Below are positions 52,385 through 64,000 of a stretch of DNA of 64,000 nucleotides, in pieces. A program made the translations under genes and the position numbers. Within the stretch, counting starts at the first letter, position 1. Each line of letters opens with the position of its first letter. The DNA is from Auanema rhodensis. Lineage: Eukaryota > Animalia > Nematoda. The notes beneath the pieces are model-generated. The model saw nothing but the letters and a program-made list of their open reading frames with translations, did no database searches and had not been told where the DNA came from. The stretch spans positions 15,624,001 through 15,688,000 of the forward strand of contig OZ059895.1 of NCBI GenBank assembly GCA_964057225.1. Direction: 5' to 3'.

Positions 52385-53881
52385 ACTCTGTTCTATGCAA
52401 CATTTTCTAAATAAATTTTATTTTTGATAGTTTATCTTATTTTTCAGGTAGTAGTGTTTTATTCTTGAATGAATTTCTTTTTTACGACCTGATAAGATAG
52501 CATTCAAAAGTTGGACTAGGTCCTTAAAAAATGATCTAATTATTCTCTTTGTTATCTATAAACGTCATTTACTTTCACATCGCCTAAGGCAATTCCTAAT
52601 CACTTTTGAAACTTATGTAGATGAGAAAATTTCTTCTGCAAACGCTACCAAATTTCTAGACGTTTCGGAGGAGCAGCAGCATCCATAAGATGCTCTTCAA
52701 AAATTGAACCGACTCTAGGAACGATTCAGTACCATAACCAGAACTAGCTGGAATTAAATTACGTTGGTTAGACTTTAGATCGCCGCCAACGGTACGTCAC
52801 TCCTTCCGTAGTTGCATCCCATATACTACCATATAAGCGCATATCGGTTGAAGAACTCAAGAATTACTCTCGTCTTGTCGCAATGAAAATGTGGTAGATC
52901 AAGTTGTTTCAGTTTTCCGTATCCAAATCAGGTGGAGATATATGCATTTGAACAGATAGAGTTAAAGCTGAATGCCATAGCAACAACTCATGTCTCATGT
53001 CCGATATCTCATGCTGCTCTTCAAGCTTGAAAATAACACGTGAAATTTTCAATTATTTTTCTAACATCGATAAACATATGGGTTTAGTCTTATCAAACAA
53101 ATCGTTGCTCAATTTCTAAGAGCCATATCTAGCTATTCTGAGCACAGAGATAGCTCCTGGAATGGGGGGGAGGGTGCAAGTGGACATTTATTTGATTTGA
53201 TTCCATTTTCTAGGATTATAGAAACTCTTTTCAAATTCCGGTATGTAAATAATTGAAATGTTTATGTTTTCAACAACTTAACGCCTAATATTGAAGAAGT
53301 AGCAGCAGCTATTCTCTAAGTTACTCCAAATGAATACAAGATGTTTCATGTGTTTCAACACTGGATGTGTATCAATCTTTCATGAAACTCATACTTCAAG
53401 ACACTGTATTAAAGATTTATTCATATTCTATGTCATTAATTGATTTATACTGGTATCATGTGTATGGGTATATGTGTATCTTGTTTCGTTCCTTAATGAC
53501 TAATTTCATGAATCACTTCCAAAAAAAATATAAAAACGCGATGCAATCTCTAATGTCCGTTAACAACCGAAGTGGGCATGCTACACTTGGCATTATCAGC
53601 TGTAGAAATATATATTATAATATATCCGAGATCAATGAATTATAAAACAATAATTGAAGAAAATATACACAATTCTCATTTTTTCTGTCTATGAAATATT
53701 ATTTCGTTGAAACACTATATCAAAAAACGTTACTTTCGCGGGTTATAACCAATACAAGTTGGGATAAAAAACTTTTTAAAGTTGTTTCTAATGTGTTTCG
53801 ATAAGTTCTGTAAGTTCAATATGCTGTAAATTGAGTGAATAAGCCAACAAAGCTCTTCTGCATTAGTTGCCACCACATATA

Positions 53882-54413
53882 CCGGTCAATGGTGATCGAT
53901 AGATAGATCAAGCTGGGGAAAACATCTTTTATAGAATACTAGATGATATAAGCTGTAAGCAGCTGATTTAGTGGTTTTTATTATATTCTATTTCCGGCAA
54001 TTGTTAGCCCAATTCTAGCTTTAATCTTAAATCTCAAGTCTAAGCCTAAGCCTTAACCTAAGGTTAAGTTTAAGTCTGGGCCTCACATAAAAAAAATGTG
54101 ATTTCCAGGCAGTTCTCCCAAAACGTTAGACAGTAACCATATGTCATTATTATTATTCACAAGTTGATGATAAGGTTAAGACGGGCCCTTACCTCCATAC
54201 ATTTAGTAGGATGTGGCACGTCCTTATCAAATCTATTTATAATGCATCCAAAACGTGAGGTAGAATGTGCCACGTCGTTTTTGATTTTTGATAACAGCTT
54301 ATATCATATCAAATTTTGAAGAATCGTTATCGTATATCGTTTTCAATACATAAATTCGCAAAGATATCCGGTCAATCGTGATCGATAGATAGATCAAGCT
54401 GGGGAAAACATCT
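53882..54413 (+). repeat. 46-bp direct repeat pair (53882-53927, 54368-54413) bracketing a degenerate GCCTAA tract
   Basis: CCGGTCAAT[G/C]GTGATCGATAGATAGATCAAGCTGGGGAAAACATCT occurs twice. TCTAAGCCTAAGCCTTAACCTAAGGTTAAGTTTAAGTCTGGGCC lies at about 54039-54082. Confidence 0.85.
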
Positions 54414-55435
54414 ATCTACCATTCCTTGATTTATTCGTTAATCTATCTATCAAACAAAATTGGTCGGAAAATGTGGTGGCAACAACTGCAGAAGAGCCCG
54501 AATATTTTATGGCGTTTCTTTTTTTCGTTTCTACACCCTCGGTATACAGATATCCACAAATGTTCCATTTTTCTTCAGAATTTCCCTTCCATGGTCTTTT
54601 ATGGTACTTCTCCACTTATTTCGAGCAAAAGAAAGATTCATTTGTCGTTAACATCGCTCAAATTCATTAGTCTCAAAGACTATACCTTTCTCTTGCAAGA
54701 ATTGAAAGGCATCAGCTTCGGTACGAAACCGTTCTTTTGGAGCAAACATTTGGAAGAAAAATGGTTGATAATGTAGATGCAATAACCAATAATGATTCAT
54801 TTTTTATATCATAATATATTCAAGGTTCATTATATTTATTATAGCTACCCCTCTAGGGGGGGGGGGGACCCTCCCAAACCCTCCTGCTTCAGGAATGGAA
54901 GCCGAATGGTAGAAAAGTATGCGCCCAACGGCAAAAAGAGCCGGGCTAAAAACGGGGGGTATAGATACGGAAAAAGAACCCATTTTATAAATACATATAG
55001 TATAGTCATATAAAAAGTAAAAAAACTGGTTTATATAGTAAAATAATTAAGTAAGTATATGCATATAGTTAATATAATCAATATTTTTAATATACATACG
55101 TGACATTTTTACTTGAATGTTCTTCATACTTTTTCAAATATCAAATGAAGTGTTGATCAACATGATCAGATGGGTAAGATTAATAAAATAGCTTTGGTAT
55201 CAAACAAACGAACAGCTGACATATACTGGCTATAAAGCCATTCGTCTTCGCCGGCCGATTGTTCAGCTGTTGGATCTCACTCGATACTTGCGAGCTGACA
55301 ATAACGATGCTTCTTAACTATTTCTACTTTAATTCTACTTTAATTCTACTTTTCTATTGCCACTTAAAGCTTTTTCTCGTCTATACTCGCAATTTTTTCA
55401 TTCTTTCATAACATTTTAAATTTCAGTAGAGAGAT

Positions 55436-56037
55436 ATGAAGCTTCTGATCGCATTATCCATTGTTGGCTTGGCAACAGCTATCGAGCTTTTCGGCCGTGA
55501 CCAGTCATGTGCTGTGAGTGCTGTTTAATAGAACATTCTTTCAATTTTAAACAAAAAAAAAAACAAAAAAATAGCTAAAGAACTTATTCTAACCTTAACA
55601 GGTTCGTGGAAAACTTATCTGTGAAGGTAAGCCTGCCGTTGGAGTCAAAGTTAAGCTTTGGGATGAGGATGATAGTATGTTGAAAGTGGTATTAATCAAG
55701 TATATACTGATGCATATTACAGCTGATTCTGATGACTTGTTGGATGAAGGACGAACTGATGCTAATGGAGAATTCCATTTAGCTGGCTGGACCAAGGAGT
55801 ACACTCCAATTGATCCTAAACTGAACGTCTATCACGATTGCAACGATCTTTTGGTAATTTGCACATGAATATTTAGATCTAAATTCAAGCTTGTTTCAGC
55901 CTTGCCAGCGTAAATTTACCATCAAGATTGAGAATAAGTACATCACGAGTGGAAAGGTTGCACGTGCTGTGTATGATGCTGGTGTCATCCAGTTGGCTGG
56001 AGTCTATCCAAAGGAAAGCCGTGATTGCATCAACTAA
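55436..56037 (+). CDS. ttr: Transthyretin-like (TTR-52/DUF290 family) secreted protein
   Basis: 4 exons. Signal peptide; RDQSCAVRGKLICEGKPAVGVKVKLWDED.DSDDLL...IDPKLNVYHDCND..PCQRKFTIKI...ESRDCIN*. TATAAA at 55231. Confidence 0.93.
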
Positions 56038-56379
56038 ATCAATGCCTCAGCACACGTTTCTCTTCATCAACTCTAAATATCTTATATTTTTCTTAAAATT
56101 TCAACTCGAATTATATCGAGTTGATACTCTCTAACGTATTGTCAACTTCTGACTCATTTTTCCATTATTCAAATAAATCATGTAAATATGGTGTGTTCTT
56201 TGACGATTCGTCATCAAAACCTGCTAAACGAAGCGATTCCACCAACTTCTTCTTCGTTTTTTTGAGGAAATCGTTGATTCCTCCTCCATCAATTGTCTAA
56301 TGATGACCGATCTTGCCTCATGTATAAATTCATTGAAATACCAGTTACGAAGTTATTCTGCTCATCAAGTTCGTTCAGA

Positions 56380-57262
56380 ATGCTTGGAAAACTGTAAGAA
56401 TTTCAGTTTAATACTTTTGAAACAATTGTTCTTAAAATTAATTACCATTTTCATATACTTTTCCTTCAGAATCTTTGTGTCACTCATTGTGGTATGCTCG
56501 GCTGGATTCTTCAATTTGTTTCGAAAACAACATGTGGCGGTAGAATATAATATTATTGCATAATATGACTCTTATCTGTCTTCTACCCCCTTGATCTTAC
56601 CATTTTTGTTCCGTGTAGAAATATCATTAAAGATATAAAATTTTGATAACAAAAAAAAAATTTGTTTTGATTATAAACCGATTTAAAAAAATTTCAGAGA
56701 GCCAGGTTGAGGAAGAAGGGGTAGTTGGTTGGAAGAAGACCTACAAGAGCCCATACCAATATTACTAAAATTACTTTAAATTTTTTCATATTTCGAATAT
56801 TTCAGGCACGTGGACAACTATTTTGTCATGGAATACCTCAAGGAGGAGTACGAGTCAAGTTGTATGATGTTGACACCTGTAAGAATCATTACGTGAATAG
56901 CAGACACTTATACATCGAGTATTATAGTTGATCCGGATGATCTACTAGGAGAAACAAGAACTGATTTCAATGGTTACTTCGAAATTATGGGGCATACGAG
57001 AGAATTTTCTGACATAGAGCCGCAGTTAAACATTTACCATCATTGCGAAAACAGAAACATTCTACAAGTATGCTTAAACTTGAAATTAAAAACTCTTAAA
57101 TTTTCGTTTTAGTGTCCACTCAAACTCAAAATCAGAATTCCCTATTACTTTGTTACTGTGAATACGAGACCAACACGAGCATATACGATCGGTGGCCCTG
57201 GTATTCTACCCTACGAGCTGGCATACATGCGACAACAAAGTCATTTGGACTGTTTGAATTGA
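56380..57262 (+). CDS. ttr: Transthyretin-like (TTR-52/DUF290 family) secreted protein, second copy
   Basis: 5 exons: RKQHVAARGQLFCHGIPQGGVRVKLYDVDTFDPDDLLGETRTD...IEPQLNIYHHC...CPLKLKIRIP...LDCLN*. Confidence 0.88.
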
Positions 57263-58737
57263 AAACATAATATAACTTTTCAATACAAAAAAAACTGAAT
57301 ATTTTACCTTCAATATAAAATACATTTGTATATATAAAATAAAATAAAATAAAATAAATATGAAACTTACTTGTAAATAAATTTTAAAACAACCGCTCAT
57401 CTGTAATTTAAAATAAAAAATGAATAAATACACGTTAGTCTTTCACGTGACGTATACTTCTTTACGTGACGTATACACTTTTTTCTATGCTAATGTGAAG
57501 ATAGAAAATACAATATGTATTGACATCTTGAAATGACTCATTCGATTAATATGATAAAGCATTTTTTTAAAAACCTGATCAGGCATTAAGAAACTATTAT
57601 AATGTATAGTGTGATATATAGTATATTTGTAAAATTACACGGAGCCTCATCATAATATTTGTGTAAATACCGTAATTTTTTAATATTTATTTATTCAAAT
57701 ATTATAATAAAAATGTTTTTTTTTCTGTTCTTATTCTTAAACTATTTTATATTTTATTTATATATAATATTGATTTAAACCTTATTTCTCTAATTATATG
57801 AATTCAGTTACAAGCCTATATTACCTATGTTATTGCGGAATATTCACATGATAGTTTTTACTGTTCAGATTTTTTATGTGAAATTATTTCCAGCCTAGTT
57901 TATGTGATTTTATCTTTATTATATGTTTATAATTAATTTCTCATGGAAAAATTATTCCAATCCAACATTCACATCGTTTTTCCTATTGATTTCTTCCCTT
58001 TTTTCGGAAAAAAAACCCGAAAGAGTTGTAAGTTGCTAAACTAACTTGTAATGTGAAACTTAATTAGTTGAAGTTACATATTTGAATGTTTAACGACTTT
58101 TAGTCATTCTTCAAAGTCGTCCCTATTGAGTATATCGGCAGAATCTAGGAAAACTTTTTTTCTCACGAACGACGACATGTTGTTTCGTGTAAATCCCTAA
58201 TAACTATTTTCCTCTTTGTTTAGCTTGTGTATTACTACATTGAATGTTGTTTCTAGCCGACAATCTAGGAGATTTTGCTGACCATTTCAAGAATTCGTTA
58301 TGTGAAATTATGCTTTTCGTTTCTGGCTAGGCTTCTGAGGTATACGTTTTTGAATCACTAAACTTACGAAAAATTCTTGAAAATCTTTCTGTTCTTAATG
58401 TCATTGCATCAAGTACTTCTAACAATCCTAATGCAAAGTTCCATCTAATAAGGTATTCGTCTATATTCAGCTGAAAACATTTCATATCTCAAGCTACTTA
58501 AGCTTGTTATAAGCATGTGTCGGCTGAAAAGTCACTCAAAGAAGGACAAAGCCAGAGAGAGAAGCCGACACTATATCTGATGCATAGTGAGCCGGCTGCC
58601 AGCATCATCTATAATAGGAATATATATCTAAAGAGCTTAATTATATCCTGAATGAAGCTCATCCAATCCAATAATAATTGGACTTCAATGATAGAGGTGA
58701 CGATATTTTTATATGCACTCTTTCTCTTTCTCTCTCT

Positions 58738-58741
<4 letters not shown>

Positions 58742-58796
<55 letters not shown>
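58742..58796. repeat. (CT)n microsatellite
   Basis: About 55-bp pure CT run. Confidence 0.95.
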
Positions 58797-58799
<3 letters not shown>

Positions 58800-61528
58800 T
58801 TCTCTATATGCATGTTTCTACTCAACTCTCATATCGTTCTTCCAGTTCACGAAGGAGCTAATGAGAAATATTATTGACACATTATGTTCGTCCTCGGTGC
58901 ATAGACTCTTGCGTTGACACAATATGCTCAGCTTCACTTGGCCTTCGACCTCTCCTGTTTCTTCTTCCATTGCTGCTTCTTTAACTTCTCAAATATGCTT
59001 AACAATTTGAATTTAATCAAATAATTAAGGATTTTCTATAATTTTATGATAAGTTGGTTCAATCAGAAACTGAAATACATGAGAATCTTCGCATTTGATC
59101 ATGTTATGATCGTCAGTAAGTTTGAGGTGAAGAATGCAAGTGTTGAGAGATGATGTTCTCTCAATCTAGAATACCTAATTGCCTTGAAAATCCGAAAAAT
59201 GAATGAATGAGGTATGAATGCTTCTCCAGTTGCTTGTCTGACAGCTTTCATTCTATTGTCTACACATCTCTCATTCACAAATTGCTCAAATACACATATA
59301 TCTTCAACTGTTTCAGCGTTTGTCGTCTTGTCTTAAGAGCCTAAACGTTCTGAAACCGTATGCAAGAGAGATCGGCTGAAATAGATACGGGAGACAGGAG
59401 AGACAGGAGAGAGAGAGAGAAACAACAAAACGAGGGATGGTGTTAGATCTACTTCACACTGTGCTCATGTCATAGGACAAGATCCAATCCGGACTGGATA
59501 TGATGAGGACAGAAGAAGCCGGCAGTTATGATTCCCCTCTGCTTAACACAAGTATTGTGGAAGAGCAGCTCGAAAGAGAAAGATATCTTGTCTATTCTAA
59601 CCTGATTTTACAATCTTTTCTCTAACATCCTTGTAATATGCTCTTCGAACAAATTGAGAAGAAGCTCAAGCATAACCAGAAGACGTATACCTTGTAGACA
59701 ACAACGCCGTCATTCCGACACATCATATGGCTGGCAATTGCACATCTTCAGATTTTCAGATATTTCGTTCTTTTGCTATTATATTTCCTTTAAGAACTAA
59801 AGAAAAGATTAGTTTTGTGTCGACTTGCCGTGTATGGATTTAAGGTCTTAACATATCATTTCGTAATGTTCATCATTTTGACTTGTCGTTCAAAATAGAA
59901 GCTTCGACTTCTCTTGCTTCTCCTGCTGCTGCTGCTGCTTCTCCTCCTTCACTGCACTACAATTCAGCTCTTTCTCGTCTCCTCTAATCCAGCCAAATAT
60001 ATTATTTAGTAAATATATATATAGAGAGAGAAGAAATAATTTTTTTTTCTCACCATATACCCATCTCTCGTATACTTTTTCATCTTTAATTCCATATATC
60101 ACGCATCGTTTCATATACTTTTCTATTCACAGTCACACTAGTTTACTGATGTGATTTGTAACGGTTTTATGCTTTACCGACTTCTGTCTCTTGTTGATTT
60201 GCTGTTAAATATGTGCTGGAATTAGATGAAAGAGTGTAAATAAGCTGAGAAGATGAGTAAATAGCTGACCTAATCAGGCCATATATGGCAGCAACAGTAG
60301 CTGGACCTCAGCCAACCCCCGTGTATGTATGTGTGTGTGTGTGTGTGTGTTATCTCATCCACTCCTGCTTAGCTTGCTCTTTTCTCACATCTTGATCTAT
60401 CTTATTCTACTCAATTATGTTAATATAACAAGAATTTAAGTTAAAGTGTACCTTTTTTACATAATTTTCACTATTTATTTGGTCATTTAAATTCATTGAC
60501 AGCTGCTCTTGTTGTGTTATTGCTGCTGCTGCTGCTGCTGATGCTTGTTGAATTGAAACATTGCCAAGGACAGATGTGACTGTGTGTGTTTGTGTTTGTG
60601 TGTATGTGTATGTGTGGACTCAGCAGTACCCGTACATGGTCATCTTTACCGATCAAACGAGTCAGTCAGCTAAGTTTTCGGGCTACAAAACCACTTCTCC
60701 TTGATCTTCTTCATCCTTCATCTTGCAACCTCATTCTCATCATCGTCTTCGTCTACTGTCTTTCTCTTTCATATGTTTTATCCTTTTGCCGCCTTTTGTT
60801 CTACGTTTTTCATGTAATTTCTCAATACAATAATGGTTTTGTGCATAATAGAACATCCATCCTATTCAGCTAGCTGCGAGACCTTCTATTCAGATTCTTT
60901 GATGGCTAAACGGTCTTTCCATCAAAAACAATACAAATTGGCGCATCTAACGTGCCAGTTGAATTTGCAGATTGACTTCTGAGGTACAAAACGTCAATCT
61001 CTACAACGTATTTGTACATACTATTGTCTGATAATGCTCTAAACAACTACAAAACTTGCTTTGCTAGCTTTTCTCTATAATCTTGCTTATTCTCTTTGAA
61101 TTTGCTTCACTTGACATCCTAAACTGTTGCCATTACTCAATCATAGTCAGTTAACTTGATGCCGACATAGAATCCGTCTTCTTATCGTCAGGAGATCATC
61201 GGTCGGAATCCTTAATTCCGGGATTTCAACAAAGATTCCCATCTCTTTCTCTCTCTCTCTCATCATATACTGACTACTCGATTGATTTTCATCGTCTTTC
61301 TTCTGTTATTGGTAGACCCCCTCCCTCCTTCTTCTCTCTCTCTCTTAGCTATTGCTTATAAGACAGATGGTCCAGTGTTGCGTTATCAACGAAGGCGACA
61401 GACTCACACACACATACATAGTACCAGACGAAATTGCTCTTTTATATTTCATAAAATTGATCTTAATTAACTAATTATACCAGACTATTTGAGTTAACTA
61501 TACGTATAAACAGCATACACACACTGTC

Positions 61529-61560
<32 letters not shown>

Positions 61561-63153
61561 CCTATCCCTCTAGATGTGCAATAACTCAATATCAATTAGA
61601 TTAATTATCTCTGACCGTTCATCAACGTTTTTTCTGGCCACTTAAGACATACTTGATGTTATGTTGTTGCTATTATGCTGTACTTCATCTATATTTGCTT
61701 ACAAATATTCTTCAAACTTAGAAATATAAATATTATTCTATCTATCTATGCTTATATCTATCTATTATACCTCATTAGCATATTAAACTTTTTCTCACTA
61801 TCTCTGTATAAGCATAAGAAGCATTTATGAACATTCTCTCATTACATATAAACCTTATATAAACTTGTTCTCATGACCATAGGTTATGAACTTTGCTTAA
61901 TGACCTACGAATATTACCACCTAAGCATGTTAACCTACTCATATTCTCATCATGTTTAACAACTTTCTCTCTCTCTCTTTTCTTGCCGCATCACATTTGG
62001 AAGGATTTTTTGCCTTTTTTCGGCCAAAAACTTTCGAATTGAATTTCAAATTCAACATGCAGTTTTTCTCTTTGGCACACACGCTTGTGTGAACATGTTG
62101 AATGAAGGAAAAAAAGGTTTTTTGGAAATTTGTTGATTGATGAAATCAATTGAGAGATGAATCATTTAACTGCGAAACAATCATCGTCTGTCTACTGAGT
62201 TTGGTGACAATCTCTCTCTCTCTCTCTCAAAGTAGTATCGTTGTGTCGGTTTTTGCAGCATCTTTTGTCCAGACATTGACTACAAAAAGGAAAAATGATT
62301 TGAAAAAAACTAAACGTTTAAAGAAGGAAAAGTGAGCATTGATGTGATGAGTACAATTCGTTACTTCATCTTGCATTGTGTGTAGTAAAATCCCTTGCAA
62401 AGTAAGCTTAAGTAATGTGTGAGTTTCGGGAGGATTTTGGATGAGTAGCCTTCATCTCGCTTTCTTCTCAACTATCTGTCGGCACTCTCTAGCCAGCCGA
62501 TCCCATGCCCATTTGTAGCCATACGATGCTCATCCCATCCCGTTTTTCTCAAGTTTCAACTAACCTCAAGCTAATTATAAGCTTTCATTAGTTTTTTTTC
62601 TCTGATTCTATTTGCTGAATCAGCTCACCAGTTCCAGTTTCCGGTCGTGTCTAATACTGCTAATCTGCACGACGACAACCGATAAACGTCGTCTGTTTCC
62701 GTGTAGCAAACAGCTTCATTGGGTGATCCTCGTTATCGACCACACCTGGCATCATTTCCTCTTTTTATTTTTTTTTTCTAAAAACATTATTATTTGAATT
62801 TAGCTAAGTATATTGAGATTATTAGTGAATTACAAGCACATGCACATATCCCTGTAGCCTTAGCTTCTTCAATGTCTGCCCCTTTCTCATATCGTCAATC
62901 TGTTTCCAAGCCTATGTTCATGGAACAAGAAAACATGGTGGGAATTCCACGTGAACTCCCAACAACTTCAGGCTTCACAACTGGAAATAGTGCCCACAGT
63001 TCCGTTCTCATTCAGGTTTATTCTCATGTAACTATCTCACCAGCCTGAGTTCATTATTATATTCGTAAATACCTATATAAGGAGGCTCAAGTGACTCACT
63101 TATCATCAGTCAGTCGTTTCAGACAGACAAGATACATCCAAATACAGTTCATC

Positions 63154-64000
63154 ATGAACGTCGTCTACTTCTTATTCCTCACATTCGTTATCGTCTCTGC
63201 CGACAACGTCTTCTGGATCTCTACTGAACTTCAACGTGTTAGTTGGGAAGATCGTTGCCAAAACTTCTGTTCCAAGCCAGCCTTCCAGGTGTGTTTTATT
63301 TTCTCAGATGATCAAGCCGGTTCTTACCGAGTTGCCTATCTTTATTTCTTTCAAAAAAACTTTATTTACCCACTCATTTCTTCTTTTTTCAGATTGAGGA
63401 ACTTCTTCTTCCTAACATGGATACCATCAGTCATCGCTGGAAGGCTGACATTCAGAATACTTTCCATCGTACTGTCTCCAGATGGCAGTCCGGAAATTCT
63501 GATGATCTTGCTATGTCATTTTCCATTTTTGGAATTGATTCCCTCACTTCTGCTCCACGCCGTTGCGGAGAAACCGAAGCTATTCGTGTTTTCCCAACCA
63601 AGCAAGTAGCAATGATTCGTCCTCGTCGTCATGAAGGATCTATTGCTCAGCAATTGAGCGACTCAAACAAGCGTCTCGTTGAGGTAAGAACTCTTCCTTT
63701 TAATGAACCATATCTAAATATGTTTTTCTTTCAGCTTCGCGGAAACTGTTTCAATGCCACTTTACTTGTCGAGAAGCATCTTGAGAAATGTCCCGATTGT
63801 CCTGATACGGATAAGCTTCAACAACTCGAAGAACAATCATCTCTCTTCGCTGGATTCTTGGCCAAGATGGAAGAGCGAGAACGTCTTCTCCTCATTGCTA
63901 TTGCCGTCTGCGGATTGTTGGCTGTTCTCTCACTCGCTAGCCTTGTCATCCTTCTCGTCAAGAACCGTAGCTGTACTGCTAAGTCGTGCTCTTCGAGCTC
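63154..64000 (+). CDS. Nematode-type type I membrane protein with a Cys-containing beta-rich ectodomain (3' end outside window)
   Basis: TATATAA at about 63075. Signal peptide MNVVYFLFLTFVIVSA; ectodomain DNVFWISTELQRVSWEDRCQNFCSKP...LVELRGNCFNATLLVEKHLEKCPDCP; TM LLLIAIAVCGLLAVLSLASLVILLV. Exons 63154-63288, 63393-63683, 63735 to end. Confidence 0.8.

Noticed and set aside
52620-52960. Exon-like, moderately GC-rich segments downstream of the beta-strand gene
   Set aside because: I could not join them into a stop-free frame with a start; at best a decayed pseudogene.
62039-62103. Nested inverted repeats (TTGAATTT-C-AAATTCAA; ATTCAACATG...CATGTTGAAT) as a pre-miRNA
   Set aside because: The large asymmetric bulge and low-complexity arms do not fit a miRNA hairpin.
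63154-64000. Notch ligand (DSL family) assignment for the terminal membrane protein
   Set aside because: No DSL or EGF cysteine pattern between the N-terminal domain and the TM helix.
1-64000. CRISPR arrays, prokaryotic operons, tRNA/rRNA genes, intact transposase or RT ORFs
   Set aside because: None recognised. The DNA is spliceosomal-intron-rich nematode sequence with no long uninterrupted ORF or repeat-spacer array. Small ncRNAs could be missed without a covariance-model search.

Overview
Eukaryotic, AT-rich, intron-dense DNA from a clade V (rhabditid) nematode. Evidence: TTTCAG/TTTTAG acceptors, introns mostly about 40-55 nt, trans-splice-type acceptors right before many ATGs, TTAGGC-like tracts and nematode-specific srt/ttr families. 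The tiny introns plus abundant (CT)n tracts suggest a non-Caenorhabditis rhabditid such as Auanema, but that is a guess. The ORF track is mostly exon fragments, so I spliced genes by eye. About 21 protein-coding genes, in order: pbo-1 (CHP), nit-1 nitrilase, a probable 3-gene operon (small membrane protein, C2H2 zinc-finger protein, orphan), ina-1 integrin alpha (-), tax-4 CNG channel, two PPxY-motif membrane proteins flanking a single-Ig secreted protein, rpia-1, a possible small orphan, a divergent WASP-family gene, an ABRA/STARS (Costars) gene (-), three tandem srt chemoreceptors, a secreted orphan, a glycine-rich all-beta orphan, two ttr genes, and a type I membrane protein running off the right edge. 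I recognised no tRNA, rRNA, CRISPR or intact transposon. The most interesting unexplained signals: (1) a dispersed CpG-rich motif module (CCGCG / TCACGT / TATGCWAAT) recurring every few kb; (2) a 29-bp-period telomere-like palindromic array; (3) a signal-less amphipathic beta-strand protein; (4) relaxed splice-site usage (many AAG acceptors, two GC donors); (5) a 33-bp element shared by two TATA promoters; (6) mosaic gene conversion in the srt array. All coordinates were read by eye and no database searches were run.
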